A DNA stretch of 40,712 nt from Dicyema japonicum (GCA_011109175.1 RDEW01000081.1:108019-148730), one strand, 5' to 3'; positions 11,783 through 24,700 are shown, counted from the first letter of the stretch. The notes: generated by a model from the sequence alone, not told the origin. Made by a program: numbers and translations.

Positions 11783-13090
11783 TAATTAAGTGATCTCGAA
11801 GGCCTCAATCAGAATTTTCATTTTCTCCTCGTGCGCCTTCTGGGATCCAACACAACTTCTCTGTGGGTGAAGTGGTTTCGGGAATAGGAATTGGAGAGGG
11901 GTGATGTATACCCTTCTCATAAGACACGTCGTGACTGTGTATTGTTGAGAGTTGCACTGCTTGCACAGGGTAGCAAATCCCTTTCCATTTTGTCGGATTA
12001 GGTCTTCAAGTGATGAGGGTATTAGTTTTTCTAGTTTCCCGAGATTACTAATAGTAGTGGCTGTTAAGGCCTGAATGTTGAGGATGTTTTGTTCGTTCGT
12101 CCAGGACAGATTGATTCCCCATGACGTATAGGCATAGCTGACAGATGGCTCAATGAATTGTTTGTACAACAATTTCAAAACTGGGAAAGGGGTTTTAATG
12201 CCGAAAATAATTTTGATTATCCCTAGCTTTCTTGAGCAGCTCCCAGAGACAGCGTAGAAGTTAGATGAAAAAGACATGTTTGTGTCGAAGGTGATCCCAA
12301 AGATTTTCAGTTTCTTCGTGAAAGGTATTTGTCTGGTTGATAAATATATCCACTGTCATTTGTCCAAGTCGTTTGTCTGAGGTAAATAAGGAAGAAGATT
12401 TTTCAGTAGATATATCAAGCCGGTTGTAATTTAGCCAAATTTGAATCTTGTGAAGGTATTCTTGTAGTTTTTGATCGCGGGATCCGATTAATAAGTCATC
12501 AGCATATGATAGGATGAAATCGTCTTTATTATCGGGTTGTGGTAAATCGGACATAAGTTAAATAAGGCAGGTGATAAAGGGGAACCTTGTGGGATACCAT
12601 TGGGTAGTAATCTTGATTTGGTCCCATCCATGTATACCCGGGCCCTTCTTCCATTTATGAAATTAGCAAGCCAAAGTTTTATATTGAGGTTGACGGGGAG
12701 AACAAACAAATTCCGGGTTAGAATTTTCCTTGAGACAGACTCAAAGGCCTTTTGTAAATCGATCGAGCAAACGACTGTTTTGAAGTGACGAGGATTTGTG
12801 TTAAAGCCTCCAATGATAAATTGGTTGAGGGAAGTTAGGTGGGTAAAAGTTGAATGACCCCTTCTGAATCCATGTTGTGAGGACGAAAAAGGAAGGGACG
12901 GGGTTATAAAATTAAGAATCAATTTTTACAATAACTTTGATAAGATGTATAGTAAAGAAATTGATCGAAATGATGCAGGATTGTTTTTAGGCTTGTTAAC
13001 TCTCGCCTGGGAATTAGCGGTTGTAACTTGCGTCGATCGATTGCGTGTTGCAATTATAAAGATGAATTTTTTAAGACCCAAGACCACGGT
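11783..13090 (-). mobile_element. I/Jockey-like LINE, RT domain to 3' end, frameshifted
   Basis: SFRSISLLYILSKLL, QHGFRRGHST, SIDLQKAFESV, GIPQGSPLSPALFNL and SYADDLLI are present. The ORF ends EIT* and is followed by a (TAT)-rich tail. Confidence 0.92.
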
Positions 13091-13099
13091 AAAACCAAA

Positions 13100-13555
13100 A
13101 CTAACTATCACGTGATCCCGATGCGTTCCTTCCAAAATCCTCATTCTTGCCCGGTTCTCCTTCCTCGTACCCACACAAGCTCGTACTGGGCGGCTGACTG
13201 TATTTGCAGGGCCACCTTCCCGCATGCCGGAGTTTTGTTTTTCGGATCTTAGCTTCCATGAGTAGTGGGTCGACTGTTGATCCATTACGTGGGCAAAGCA
13301 TACTGATTGTTTTCTGGTGTATCGAGTTGACTCTTTGGACCATAGACTCCGATAGCGCGAATCTCCATGCAACGGAGGCATGCTCAACGGCAGGCGCGAT
13401 TGTTTGTTGGTAGAGGGTAGAAACGGAAAAGTCCATGTTCCTCGTGGTCCTCCGGACAAGGGCGCGTAAAACGTTAACTTTCTGGAGGCCCCTGGTAATC
13501 ATGTCTTTTGCGTGGGAGTTGAGTAGACTGTCGTACTTGAACATTTTGGATATCC
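13100..13555 (-). mobile_element. Second I/Jockey-like LINE fragment (post-RT region)
   Basis: YDSLLNSHAKDMITRGLQKVNVLRAL...LYQQTIAPAVEHASVAW matches the 'FxxHxxxxxxKAxxxxxxLxxL...LYKxxIxxxxEYAxxAW' pattern. Confidence 0.7.
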
Positions 13556-13640
13556 CGATAAATGAAATAAAATGAAACTTTATTAAATAAAAATAAAAAT
13601 ATAATAAATTTAAATGGAAACGGTTAGTCGTGGTGTGAAT

Positions 13641-15109
13641 ATGAATGAAAGAGATAAAATGTACAAACTGATAATAGGGTATAAAATATAATAAACATTT
13701 TAGCCAATTACTGTTTGATGGTCATCAAGAATTAGCCTTTCAGTTAAATTCTATAGTCCAATCAATGAGAATATTATCTCCATCGGATAGACTATCCCAT
13801 GTAATCTCAAAAGGACTTAAAGAGGAAGAAAAGATTGCCAGCAGTGACAGCCTTAAATTCAAAGAACTTTTCGACGAAGGAATTGACTTTGACAACACCC
13901 TTGAAAGTAATCTTCCTATAGTAATAGATCGTGTTTTGGGTTCATCATTTGAAAACTATGAGACATACTATGTGACCTCACATCGTGACTGTTGTCGAGC
14001 TGCTGCATTTGACTCTTCTGGTATTTTATAATGTGATTATAGGACAACACGTGGCAACTGCTTCAGGTGATTCATCAATAAAGGTTTTAAATGTTGCCAA
14101 AATGTTAAATCGAAATTCAACTGTAGGAGAAAATGAGTATAATCCGGTTGTTAGAAATTTGTACGACCACACTTCAGTATTATTAATTATTTATAGTAGG
14201 AAGTGACTTGTGTTAAATTTCACCCCGAGTACCCCATTTTCTTGCATCAGGAAGTCGTGACAATACTGTCAAGTTATTCGATTACAGCAAACCAATGGCA
14301 AGGAAAGCATTTCGCATGATTCAAGTAATATTTATTTGAACGTAAAGGAAGTGGTAGAAATTATGGATATTGACTTTAATCCTAATGGGGATTATTTAAT
14401 GGTTGCTACAAGTCATCCTACTTGTTTTATATTATTTTATGTTCTAGTAAGATTGTATGATGTTAATACTAATCAATGTTTTGTATCCTCCATTCCTTCT
14501 GATCAACATACTTCATCACTCACTGGGGTATACTTATTCCTTATATGCAGGTTAGTTGGAGTCAATGTGGAAAATATATTGCTACCTGTTCCGTTGATGG
14601 TAATATTGGATTGTGGGATGGAGTTAGTTGTAAACGATTTAATACCTTTAATAAGGCCCATTCGGGACATGTGTTAAATCAGTTGTATTTTCAAAGAATT
14701 CAAAAGTTATTTTATTATAATTGTAGTATGTTTTATCTTCCGGATGTGATGGTATTGTTAAATTATGGGATTTGTCATCATTTCGATGTCTTCAGGCATA
14801 CCGTGGTTTTGGACCTATCTCACCAATTCCATGTGGTGTAGTATTTAATCATAGTGAGGATTATGGTATTTTATAAATTAATGTAGTTTTGGGTATCAAT
14901 AATGAAATAAGATCAATATATTGTTGGGATACTCGTACTGCTCAATTAATTAACACTCAACCATATGGTATAATAATTATAATATTATAGGACATTCTGA
15001 TTCTGTTAGGTTTATTGCTCACTCTAATAAGATTGGGGCTTTTGTTACCTGCAGTGATGATCATCGCTCTAGATTTTGGTGTTCTGATGATTATGCTAAT
15101 TCTATTTAA
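13641..15109 (+). CDS. CSTF1: Cleavage stimulation factor 50-kDa subunit (WD40), 9 introns of 21-25 nt
   Basis: Spliced product [19 protein letters not shown]...[18 protein letters not shown]...[20 protein letters not shown]...[14 protein letters not shown]...WDGVS...FNHSEDY...[11 protein letters not shown] matches CstF-50 throughout. One base is missing near 14671-14675. Confidence 0.95.
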
Positions 15110-16464
15110 TACTTTTGTATTTCTAACTTTTCTAAGACACAAACTAATAAATTATAAGTCTTTCGATAAAATCTTTTATTAATCACACGGAAAATATTTT
15201 TGTGCCATTTAAAAATGTTCTGACATTTCGTTTTCAGGATAATAGGTTGCCAAGGATTATTTTTGAGTTAAACTCTTAACCTTCTATCTCAAGTCAATAT
15301 TGTGATTTGACCAAGACAACGATAGCATATTGGCAAATAAGATATTTTATATTATTTATTTTATAAATTTTTATTAAGTGAAAATTATGAATTCGGTTAT
15401 TTAAGTTATTGTAATTTATTTAATGCACAAGTATAAACAACATAAAATAGAAAGTTCATGTTAATCTAACCAATATTAATTTTTATGAAAAACGTCTAAC
15501 CTTGTCTTTGGGATGTCACATTCAATGATTTGCCAATGAGAATGTGTGCGCCATTTATTTGACAAATTTATATCCGCCGTCGTGCCTTGCGGGATGGTCA
15601 TTTTTTGAAGGCTGAGGCCTTTCTTTTCTCAGTTTAGAAAAATTTCATATTTTGTTACATAACCTCACAAATTAAATTTATTATAAGCAAAAAAGATAAT
15701 TAATTAACACGGCCATCCACCAAAAGTGGACCCCCGACATTATCGAAGTTGCGTTGCCTCTCACGATTGCAACAGAGATCAACTGGAGAAGTCACCGGTC
15801 TCATTGTTAAAATTAAATTTGATAAAGTTTTTAACAAAATTCACAGTTATCAGAACCCGATACAATCAAAGTTTTATTTACATCAACGAAATGACCAAAT
15901 TATTAAATCTTAATATGGTTAAATAGCCCCTTAATACATTCCTCAGGTTCTCAATTGTCACTGATTGTCTCCCAACACGCTTTTTTAGCTTTTTGAATAT
16001 TAGTTGTACTTTATTTTTAATCTTTCTTTAATTTATAAATCCATATAATCGATAAAGTTAATATTTTTAAGAACAAATTTTTTTAATTTTATAATTTTCT
16101 ATATTTTCAAAAATAACTGTGGACGGATAGAATTAATAATTTTTGTAACTGTAAAGAAATAATTATTTTATGAAAAGTGCTGCTTTTGGTTTTTACTTAT
16201 TAAATATCGGTTTCCCGAGGGAATAATAAATTTATGGAAACCAAGTAATATTTCACGTACAAACGTGTTCAAAGTCATTAAAGAAAACAATAAAATATTT
16301 GACATTATTTATTTAAATAAAAAATGGATTAAATATAGTAATTTCATCAATAACAAAGTCGATTAGTGCATTATTTACAACACAAAACATCTTTTTGTTG
16401 AACATTAAGTCCGTATGAGTCAATATTATATATAATATAGAAATTATATAGTTACTACACTTTC

Positions 16465-19400
16465 ATGGAAAATAACCAATCTCCATTTAATTTATATACT
16501 GCTAATTCAAAGGGAAAATCAATCAAAAAAGCAGAATTCCTTAAAATTTTAAAGTCAGATAAAATTGATACTTCAAAAGTGCACGGAAATTGGACTTTTG
16601 TGTCGGAATTCGAACAACCAATTCCCAATTTTAGTCCCGAACTTATCCAAGATTCTGATTTGCCAAGAAAATTTGGGAAATTTCCTAATTCATTACTGCA
16701 TAAACCGATAGAAGAAATTGATCCTTTCATAGAAGATCATGTAACAATTATTACTAATCATTAAGACATTTTTGGTAATAAAAAATAAAGGAAATCAACA
16801 ATTTGTGATAAACAGGTATTCAGCTGCCAAATCATTATATATATTCGACGTATGCAATCCAATTCGTCAGTGGCTAATATACATAAGTACTAATCAGATT
16901 TTTGACATTTTAATAATCTTACTCATTATCGCCAATCTAATATTCCTGGCAATGACTAAATCATATGAAATTGCTGAGTAATTCAATATTTTGTATTTTA
17001 GATATTTTTTTGTTTCAGTTTATACAATTGAAATGATCATTTCCATATGTGTAAGAGGATTTGCGTTAGCTCCGTATACTTATCTCCGAAACCCTCAAAC
17101 AATTATTGATTTTTTAATAGTAGTCATAGCGTATTTTAATAATCAATACTTTTAGATTATTTGAATTAGTTGTACTGAAAATTATACTAAACAACACTGT
17201 CAACATAAATTTCATTAAGGCTCTAAGAGTCTTTAGAGTTTTGAAATTATTAAATTTACTTCCAGGTTATAATATGTAACATTTTAGGAGTGAAACAAAT
17301 ATTATCATCCATTAATAAAGCCCTCAAAATAGTAGGGACATTTTTATTTTATTTTTCATAACTCTATCAATTCTTTCCCTTATTTCATTTCAAATATTTG
17401 GAGGTACATTGAGACAAAAATGTGTCAAAGTTCCTATGTTTCATCTAAACACGTCTCAATGGACTAATTGGGTTCACAATATCAGTATGCTTATATTTAA
17501 CATTAAGGTAATTGGTTGAACATTTCCGGAAATTACTATGTTTGTGGTAATGTCTCAACATCTAAGTAAACTAAATAATTATATTAGAACCTGTCCATTA
17601 AATTACACTTGCCTTACTGTTGGATCAAACCCAAATTTTGGGTTCACATCATTCGATCAGTTTGGATGGTCTATTATCAGCAATTTCCAATTACTTACAT
17701 TAGATTATTGGGAAAATTTGAGTCACTTGGTAGAATATATTATTATTCATAGCTTCAAAGTACTAATGGATATTTCTCTTTCTTATACTGCTTCCCAGTA
17801 GTAATGATTGGTTCACTTTACCTCATTAATTTAATGTTGGCTGTTATTTCTATATCTTACAATGGAGTTGTCAACATTTCTGTTTGTTTTATTTTTATTT
17901 TAAGAAATCAAATTATAACAACAAATTTTGGAGTTATTCTCCTAAAAATGGGGTGATTTATTATAAAAAGAAATTGATTTATGATATTAAAAACCCACCA
18001 AAAATACTAGAAAATCAGAGTTCAGACAAATCCAAAGCAAAAGTAAGCAGTAAAAAACAAAAAACAAAAAATATTCAGTCTGACAACGTAGGAGTTGTTA
18101 GAAGAAAGTTTAAAAATTTAATAGAAAATTCTACTTTTGATATTATAATTGCAATCATAATATTTTTAAACACACTATCAATGGCTTTAGAACATTACCC
18201 AGAATCAGAAGATTTCTCAAAATATCAAAAATATTCTAACTACGTATAATTTAGCAAATTTAATTATTGATAGGTCTTCACGGGGTTATACACAATCGAA
18301 ATTATATTAAAAATATATGTTTACAGCCTAAAGTTTTTTATATCAAAATGGAATATTTTTGACTTATCAATAATTGTTGTGGGGTATGTTGAAATTTTAT
18401 TATTTACTGGAGGATCCACGACTCCCTTCAGATTATTAAAACTTGTATGTGTTAATTAAACATTATAGTTGAGAATATTTAAACTCACAAAATCATGGAC
18501 AACAATGCATATGCTTGTAACGACAATGACATCTTCCATCGGACAACTTACCAACATTATTTTAATTCTTTTGATTGTGCTATATACTTTTTCAGTATTT
18601 GGTCTTCACATCTTTCATTCACCGTATAATCATTTTTATGGGACAAGTTTACCACGGTTACTCTTTTTCAAATATCTTAGATGGAACTTTAGCGATTTTT
18701 TCCACTCCTTTATGCTTATATTCCGTATAATGTGCGGTGAATGGGTGGAACCGTTATGGGATTGTATGCAAGCATCTGGGTCCACGTGTATTGCAATAAT
18801 CATTCCTGCACAAATTTTATGCTCTTATATGGTTTGTATTTTACTTTAGTTAAAGATTTTAAATTTGTTCCTGGCATTACTGTTAAATCTATTTCACCAA
18901 AATCAACTCAAAAAAGAAGAAAAGTCTACGATTTTTTGGAATGACATTCGAAACGCCGTAAAATATGCATTTAATTTTAAAAAGAAAGTTATTATTCAAT
19001 TTCTTAATTTAAGATCAAACCACATGCTACGACATCGACTATCAACTCTACAAATTTAAAAATTTCGGACAATCAAATGTCAGATGATTTTGTGGAAAGT
19101 AGAGTTGTAACTTCAAACGCCAAATCTTCAACTTTAAAGAGTTCTGGCAATCAAAAACAAAATAAATCGCAAAATAGAATTTCCAAAATCAGCAATATTT
19201 CAGGAATTTCAATTAGTCCAGTTCCCCAAAATTTACTAAAGCCATGTTTTCCAAGTTTTTTTAGAAGGTATTTATAAAATTTAAAATTAGGATTGGATTT
19301 TGGGACAAAACGATTTCAAAAGTAGAATCAACAATATCAATGATGAAATTCAATAAATTAAGAACTAAAATTTTAGAATTTGTATCAAATAAATATTTTG

Positions 19401-21874
19401 AAGGGTTGATAATAATTCTCATTGGAATAAGCAGTATTCTTTTGGTAGTAATAAATTAATTTGTTGTAGACCTTAGAGGATAAGCATTTCAAACAAAGAC
19501 CAACATTGCAGTACGTTTCCAATATAATAAATGCAATTCTAACTGTTTTGTTTACTACTGAAATGTTTCTCAAAATTATTGCTTTTGGATTAACCAGCTA
19601 TTTTACAACATCATGGACGATATTAGACTTTTTTAATGTCGTGGTTAGGATTACATATAAATTATAGATTTCATGGATTACCTTTAACAATGTTGAGAAT
19701 GCGATATCTTCTTTGAAGTCGTTGAGATCTCTGAGAAGTCTTCGACCTCTTTGCATGATATCCAGATGGGAATCATTACAAGTAGTAAGGAATTTAAAAT
19801 TTTAGATTGTTGTGAACTCACTAATATATTCAATTCCATCAATTATTAATGTAATGGTTGTTTGTTCGATTATATGGATTATTTTTGCCATAATGGGGGT
19901 TCAACTTTTTGCAGGAAAATTTTACAAATGTACAATTGATGGAAACAAAATGAGTCACACATATTCAATAATTTTGAATGTGACCGACAAAAATTCTTGT
20001 CTGGGACTAACTCAACAATTTCTCACTCCACAACAAAGGTCAATAATAAACGGAGGAAATATCAGTTGGAAAAATTCTAAAATAAATTTTGACAACGTTA
20101 TCGAAGCTCTTTTATCCCTTTATCAAATAGTTATCAATATATTTATTGTAGGCGACAATCGAAGGTTGGATAGAAATAATGGAGGATGCAGTTGACTCAA
20201 CAGGGGTTTGAAAGATCAAATAATAATTAAGCATATATAGATTGAGAAACAACCACGCTATGAAGCCTATTTGTATTCATACATTTATTTTATTGTTTTT
20301 TTATTTATTGGGAGTTTCTTTTGTCTTAATCTGCTAATCAGTGTTATTATTGAACATTTTCTAACTTTAAAGAAAAAAGTACAATTTAACAAACTGTTTT
20401 TAGTTTGAACAAAGTCGACTTGTTAATGCAATTACCAATAAATATCAAAAATATTTTTTTCAAATAATAAACGAGTATTTTGAAAGAAAGCCTAAACAAT
20501 TTTACAAATATCCTAAAGTAATAATAATAATAATTTTAGAATAAAATCTCCAAAGTAGTGAGACATTTGGTTAAATCTAAAATTTATAATATTGGATGTT
20601 TAGTCATTATATTTTCTTTCATATTAAACGAATCATTCAGATCTTATGACATTGCATACAAATATAATGACTTTTCCACTTTCAAAGCATCAGTAATAAA
20701 CTATCTAAGAATTATTTTCGCTTTTATCTTTATATTAGAAACTAGTCTAAGAATTGTGGGTCAAGGAACTGGATATTTTCAAAATTATTATGAAATAATG
20801 GATTTTATTGTAATAATTATTAGCACATTGGGTAATTTATTTTATTAATAAATAGGACTTATTTTGAGATTTTACTTAAATCATAATGAGATTCTATCAC
20901 GTGTGTATATTGAATTAGGGTCACTGAGAATAATATTTTCAATCCATCGAACTCATTTATTAGACACCACTAAATTTGGAAGACAACTAAAAACACTGGT
21001 AACTCCATTAATTGTAAGTCTTCCTGAACTGATAAACGTGGCAATACTCTTGTTAACAATTATTTTCATATATTCGATCATTGGAATGATTTTATTTGAG
21101 GAGTTAGACCATGTTGGAAGTCTTAATGATGTCATCAATTTTGATACATTTCCTTCAAGCTTTTTCTTATTATTTGAATTGGGATCCTCTGCGTCTGGTT
21201 GGAATGAAATACTAAGTGCAGTTTTGGAGGGAAATGAAATATGTTCAATAAAATCAGGACATAGCTGTATTAGCAAAAGTTTTATTGTAATATATTTTGT
21301 ATCATTTGTATTTGTTACGAAAATTGTGATTATAAACACATATGTTGCCATTATTATTAATAATTTCGAACATTCATATGACCAACAAAATCTGATAGGA
21401 ATCAGTCATTCAACAATATCAAATTTCGATAGAACATGCAACAAATTTACATCGAAAGACAAATATCATCATATTGAATTAAAATACTTACCGAAAATAA
21501 TAAACAGTCTTTGTCATCCGTTTAGGATCCCACATCCAATGCCTTCAAAATAGCTTTAATGAAATTACCAATTTATGAAGGAGATTTAATTCACAGAATT
21601 GATTTGTTTGAAAAACTTGTACGCTGTCATTTCGATACGATTGGTACACATCATACAAATAGTAAAATTGAACGCATATTAACACGTCTTAGAAACAATA
21701 ACATTCCCACCACTAAACTTTTAAATGTTTTAAAAATTTTAATTTTAGGTTAAATCTGATACTCTCCGCAGAAGAAGAGAAGAAACAGCAGCTAAAATTC
21801 TTCAAAACTCATGGAGAAAGTTTCGCAATATACGATTACTCAAACAATTTGCATCTAAAAAATTAAAAAAATAA
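16465..21874 (+). CDS. Four-domain voltage-gated sodium-channel family alpha subunit, Nav2-type, ~1,600 aa, about 23 micro-introns
   Basis: Has PIEEIDPF, four S1-S6 repeats, pore loops TLDYWE / CGEWVE / TIEGWI / [25 protein letters not shown], and a C-terminal IQ motif [12 protein letters not shown]. Intron positions match those of animal SCN genes. Single-base deletions in homopolymers occur at ~17350 and ~21548. Confidence 0.95.
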
Positions 21875-22079
21875 ATTAACAACATTTTATTTTCATATAA
21901 TCTAATAAATATTTCAATCAAATAAAAATTTAAATTACATACAGTCAAACCTCACGAACCCGCTGCTTCTCGAATCCTCTTGATTAAACGAAAATTTAGA
22001 ATTTCGATCATGCAAATATTATTAATCAGTAACCCCGAATCACTAACTATTAGGAGGCCAACAGCTATTAAGTAGGACG

Positions 22080-22330
22080 GACGCAGGTTGCTCCCATAGA
22101 TGGGTCAGTCCTGGAATTATAGACTAACATTATCCTAATTCATGACATTCAAATAGGTGATTTGTTTTCAACACGTAGAGGTTACAAAAGAGACAGAGGA
22201 TATCGTACGTCGGTAGATAGGGTGGTACCCATATCGTAGACGAGCTAGGTTTACTCGGACGTCCCTCGAAAAAGAGAATTCTGATCGGTTTATTGGAGAA
22301 AGGGGCCGGTGTAGTATTTAATTATCTTCG
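22080..22330 (-). mobile_element. Degenerate I-clade LINE 3' fragment
   Basis: ARLRYGYHPIY resembles the RLRxGH motif near the C-terminus of I-group ORF2. Confidence 0.35.
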
Positions 22331-22468
22331 AGTCTTCGGATGCTTCTGGTAGAAACAAAATCGTGTATCTGTTTCAGACGACTCCGGTCATTCGAGACAG
22401 GTCACTGGTTGTCATAATATTTTCCTATTGTTTTGCGGCTTGCATAGAGTGACAGGGATGGTCTAGGC

Positions 22469-23260
22469 CAGGTGTAGGCAAAATCTGGCTCGCAAGTCTA
22501 AAGTAGGCTCTTTCATTTAGTTATATTTATACTCATTTATTTGTTTTTATATATGATTTTTTAAAATTATTTGAAAATTTACATATTTAATCGTAAATTT
22601 TGCTTATACATTATAACCTATCTCGGCTGTCGGCAAAAGGTGGCATTTTCATTTTTTAATTATTTTTTTAATAATCAAAAATTTTTACAAGTTTAACATT
22701 AAATTCTGGTTATACATTGATATATGCCCAACAATAAAAAAATTAATAATACAAGACATTTTCAATCTGAATGGACTGAATCTTTCGCACTCACTTTTAA
22801 CTCAAAGCAACTACCAAAATCCCCATTTGTCAGGAAACTCTGAACCAAAATAAAAAATCAACTTTGGAGAGGCATTTTAAAACAAAGCATGCGAATTTAG
22901 CAAAAATATCTTTGCGACTCACGAAAGAATGTTGGGGAAGAACTTTTTTATGTGTCTCGAGGCTTCCTTAGACAAGAACATTTGGCATTATTGCCTCTAA
23001 AAAGTCAAACTCGTGGTCAAGATATTGTCGACACAGTTGTAGAATATCTGGAAACGAATTTTATTCCACTTAATAGAATCGTATCAATTTCAACTGACGG
23101 TGCTGCAAGCATGCTAGGATCGAGAAAGGGATTTATCACACTAATTAAAAAGAAAATTGACCATGAAGTGATTACGCTACATTGTCCACCAAGAAACATT
23201 ATCTGCACATACATTTCCAAAAGAAATATTAAAACCGATGGAATTGATGATTACTAATTA
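22469..23260 (+). mobile_element. hAT (Charlie/SPIN/Buster-like) DNA transposon, left end plus deleted transposase
   Basis: TIR-like CAGGTGTAGGCAAAATCTGGCTCGC...GGCTCTTT is preceded by 8-bp GTCTAGGC (Charlie-type target). Transposase pieces NKKSTLERHFKTKH and LALLPLKSQTRGQDI...VSISTDGAASMLG...LHC follow. No right TIR was found. Confidence 0.85.
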
Positions 23261-23271
23261 TATCAAAGTAA

Positions 23272-23830
23272 TACAGTAAACTCTCTTAAATTTGCCATTT
23301 TTAAAGAAATATTCTAGTTTTAGTGGAAATTTGCCAATTCCGAAATTTGCAAATTAAAACAATAATACTTTATTCGAGTAGCATGCCTCGTTGTGATTCT
23401 AGTGGTCGATATACAAGACTCGCTATCGAAAAAAGTGCAAATGTTGCGTTATAAGGACGACAACAACTTATTATCATGCCAAAGAATTGCCGACAAATTT
23501 TCTTTTTTGTTTAAGTGAACATTTGCTGGAGGACAGTTAACACTATCTTAAACAGTCTTGACAATTCAAAACTAAAAATTCCTCAACAAAAACAGTCAAA
23601 AAGTTAAAGTTCCCGAAACTTGATGAAAAGCTTGTTGATGGATTCGGTGGAATCAAAAGGTATTCTTAATGTTTTTAAATTTTAAGGTGCATTTTTTTAA
23701 CGATGCATAGACGGAGGATACAAGAACTTCAAATATAGAGTATCTGTGATGTTATATTTGTGCATAAATTAAAGCCTTTTTACTGCCTTTTTACGAGAGC
23801 CATAGTATTTATAGCTTCGCATAGGCAGAC
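23272..23830 (+). mobile_element. pogo/Tigger-like remnant
   Basis: TA-CAGTAAACTCTC start and the CENP-B-type HTH piece KLKFPKLDEKLVDGF. Confidence 0.5.
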
Positions 23831-23883
23831 ACTTTATTTAAGTAAAGAACAGTTAATTTTAACTAATCGTAGAACCAAGGAAT

Positions 23884-24084
23884 GATCTTCTTTTTTTCTT
23901 TTTCTTGTGTGTGGGTCCTTTCTAGACAATCCAGTTCCGCAGTGAGTATCCAATGATGACGGCGTCACTCGTCAAACCCTTTTAGCATCGTAGATGCGTG
24001 GAACCTTCCACCAGGTGAACAGAAGCGAGAATCGAACCCGTAACCTAAGCCACTTTAGCCCGACACCTAACCACTATGCCACCC
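23884..24084 (-). mobile_element. tRNA-derived SINE
   Basis: Minus strand has A box TGGCATAGTGG and B box GGTTCGATTC but no acceptor-stem pairing, followed by a ~110-nt body and an A-rich tail (aagaaaagaaaaaaaagaag). Confidence 0.7.
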
Positions 24085-24239
24085 ACTATGACAATTAAAA
24101 CCTTTATTAATTGGAAAATCTAAAATGCCAAAGTGTTTCAAAAAATATGATTATCGGTGTTCGAGACCGCAAACAGACCTGTTATTGCTCACTTTCAAGT
24201 GTTTTAAACACTGATCCCTCTAAGTTGAACGACTAAAAA

Positions 24240-24700
24240 CAATCAGTGGAAAAAAATGATTGTAAGACAGAGGGATTTACGTCCCATAACCTGTATTCCG
24301 ACATTGTACAAAATTGTCACCAAATTTGTTAATTCTAAACTGTCTGATTTCGTGGACGCATTTGGTTTAATTTCAGATGATCAACTTGGGATGAGGAACA
24401 ATGTCAGGGTACCAAAGAGCAGGCCCTTATTAATCAATGCTCAAATAAGGAGTACAGAAATAGCCTTTACTCAGCTTGGATCAATGTGAAGAAAGCCTTT
24501 GACTCTTTTGATAAAGATTTGTTGTTCCACATATTGTATTGTTCTGGAATCTCACTTTGGATTGCTAACTTTGTGAAGAGCATAGTTAAGAAGTAGACAG
24601 TCAATCTTCATATTGATGGTAGAAGAATTGGGTCAGTAAGGCTAAGCCGTGGAATTTGCAGGGAGATTCATTATCTCCGCTACTATTTGTTATGGTAATC
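24240..24700 (+). mobile_element. R4/Dong-like non-LTR RT fragment
   Basis: LRPITCIPTLYKIVT, DQLGMR...GTKEQALI, WINVKKAFDS and QGDSLSPLLFVM, broken by frameshifts. Confidence 0.75.

Noticed and set aside
14957-20953. Antisense ORFs in the provided track (e.g. 14957-15142, 16455-16730, 19385-19573, and 20953-21351)
   Set aside because: These are shadow frames opposite the CSTF1 and channel exons, with no independent homology.
21541-21560. AAA-TAG at a frame break, resembling Euplotes-type +1 programmed frameshifting
   Set aside because: The shift needed is -1 (one missing A), and the other frame breaks do not share this motif.
21940-21960. TA-CAGTCAAACCTC pogo/Tc1-like TIR just after the channel stop
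   Set aside because: Only a 12-bp match, with no partner TIR or transposase.
24010-24084. Functional tRNA gene
   Set aside because: A and B boxes are present, but the 5' GGGTGGC has no complementary 3' acceptor strand, and the sequence continues into a body and A-rich tail.
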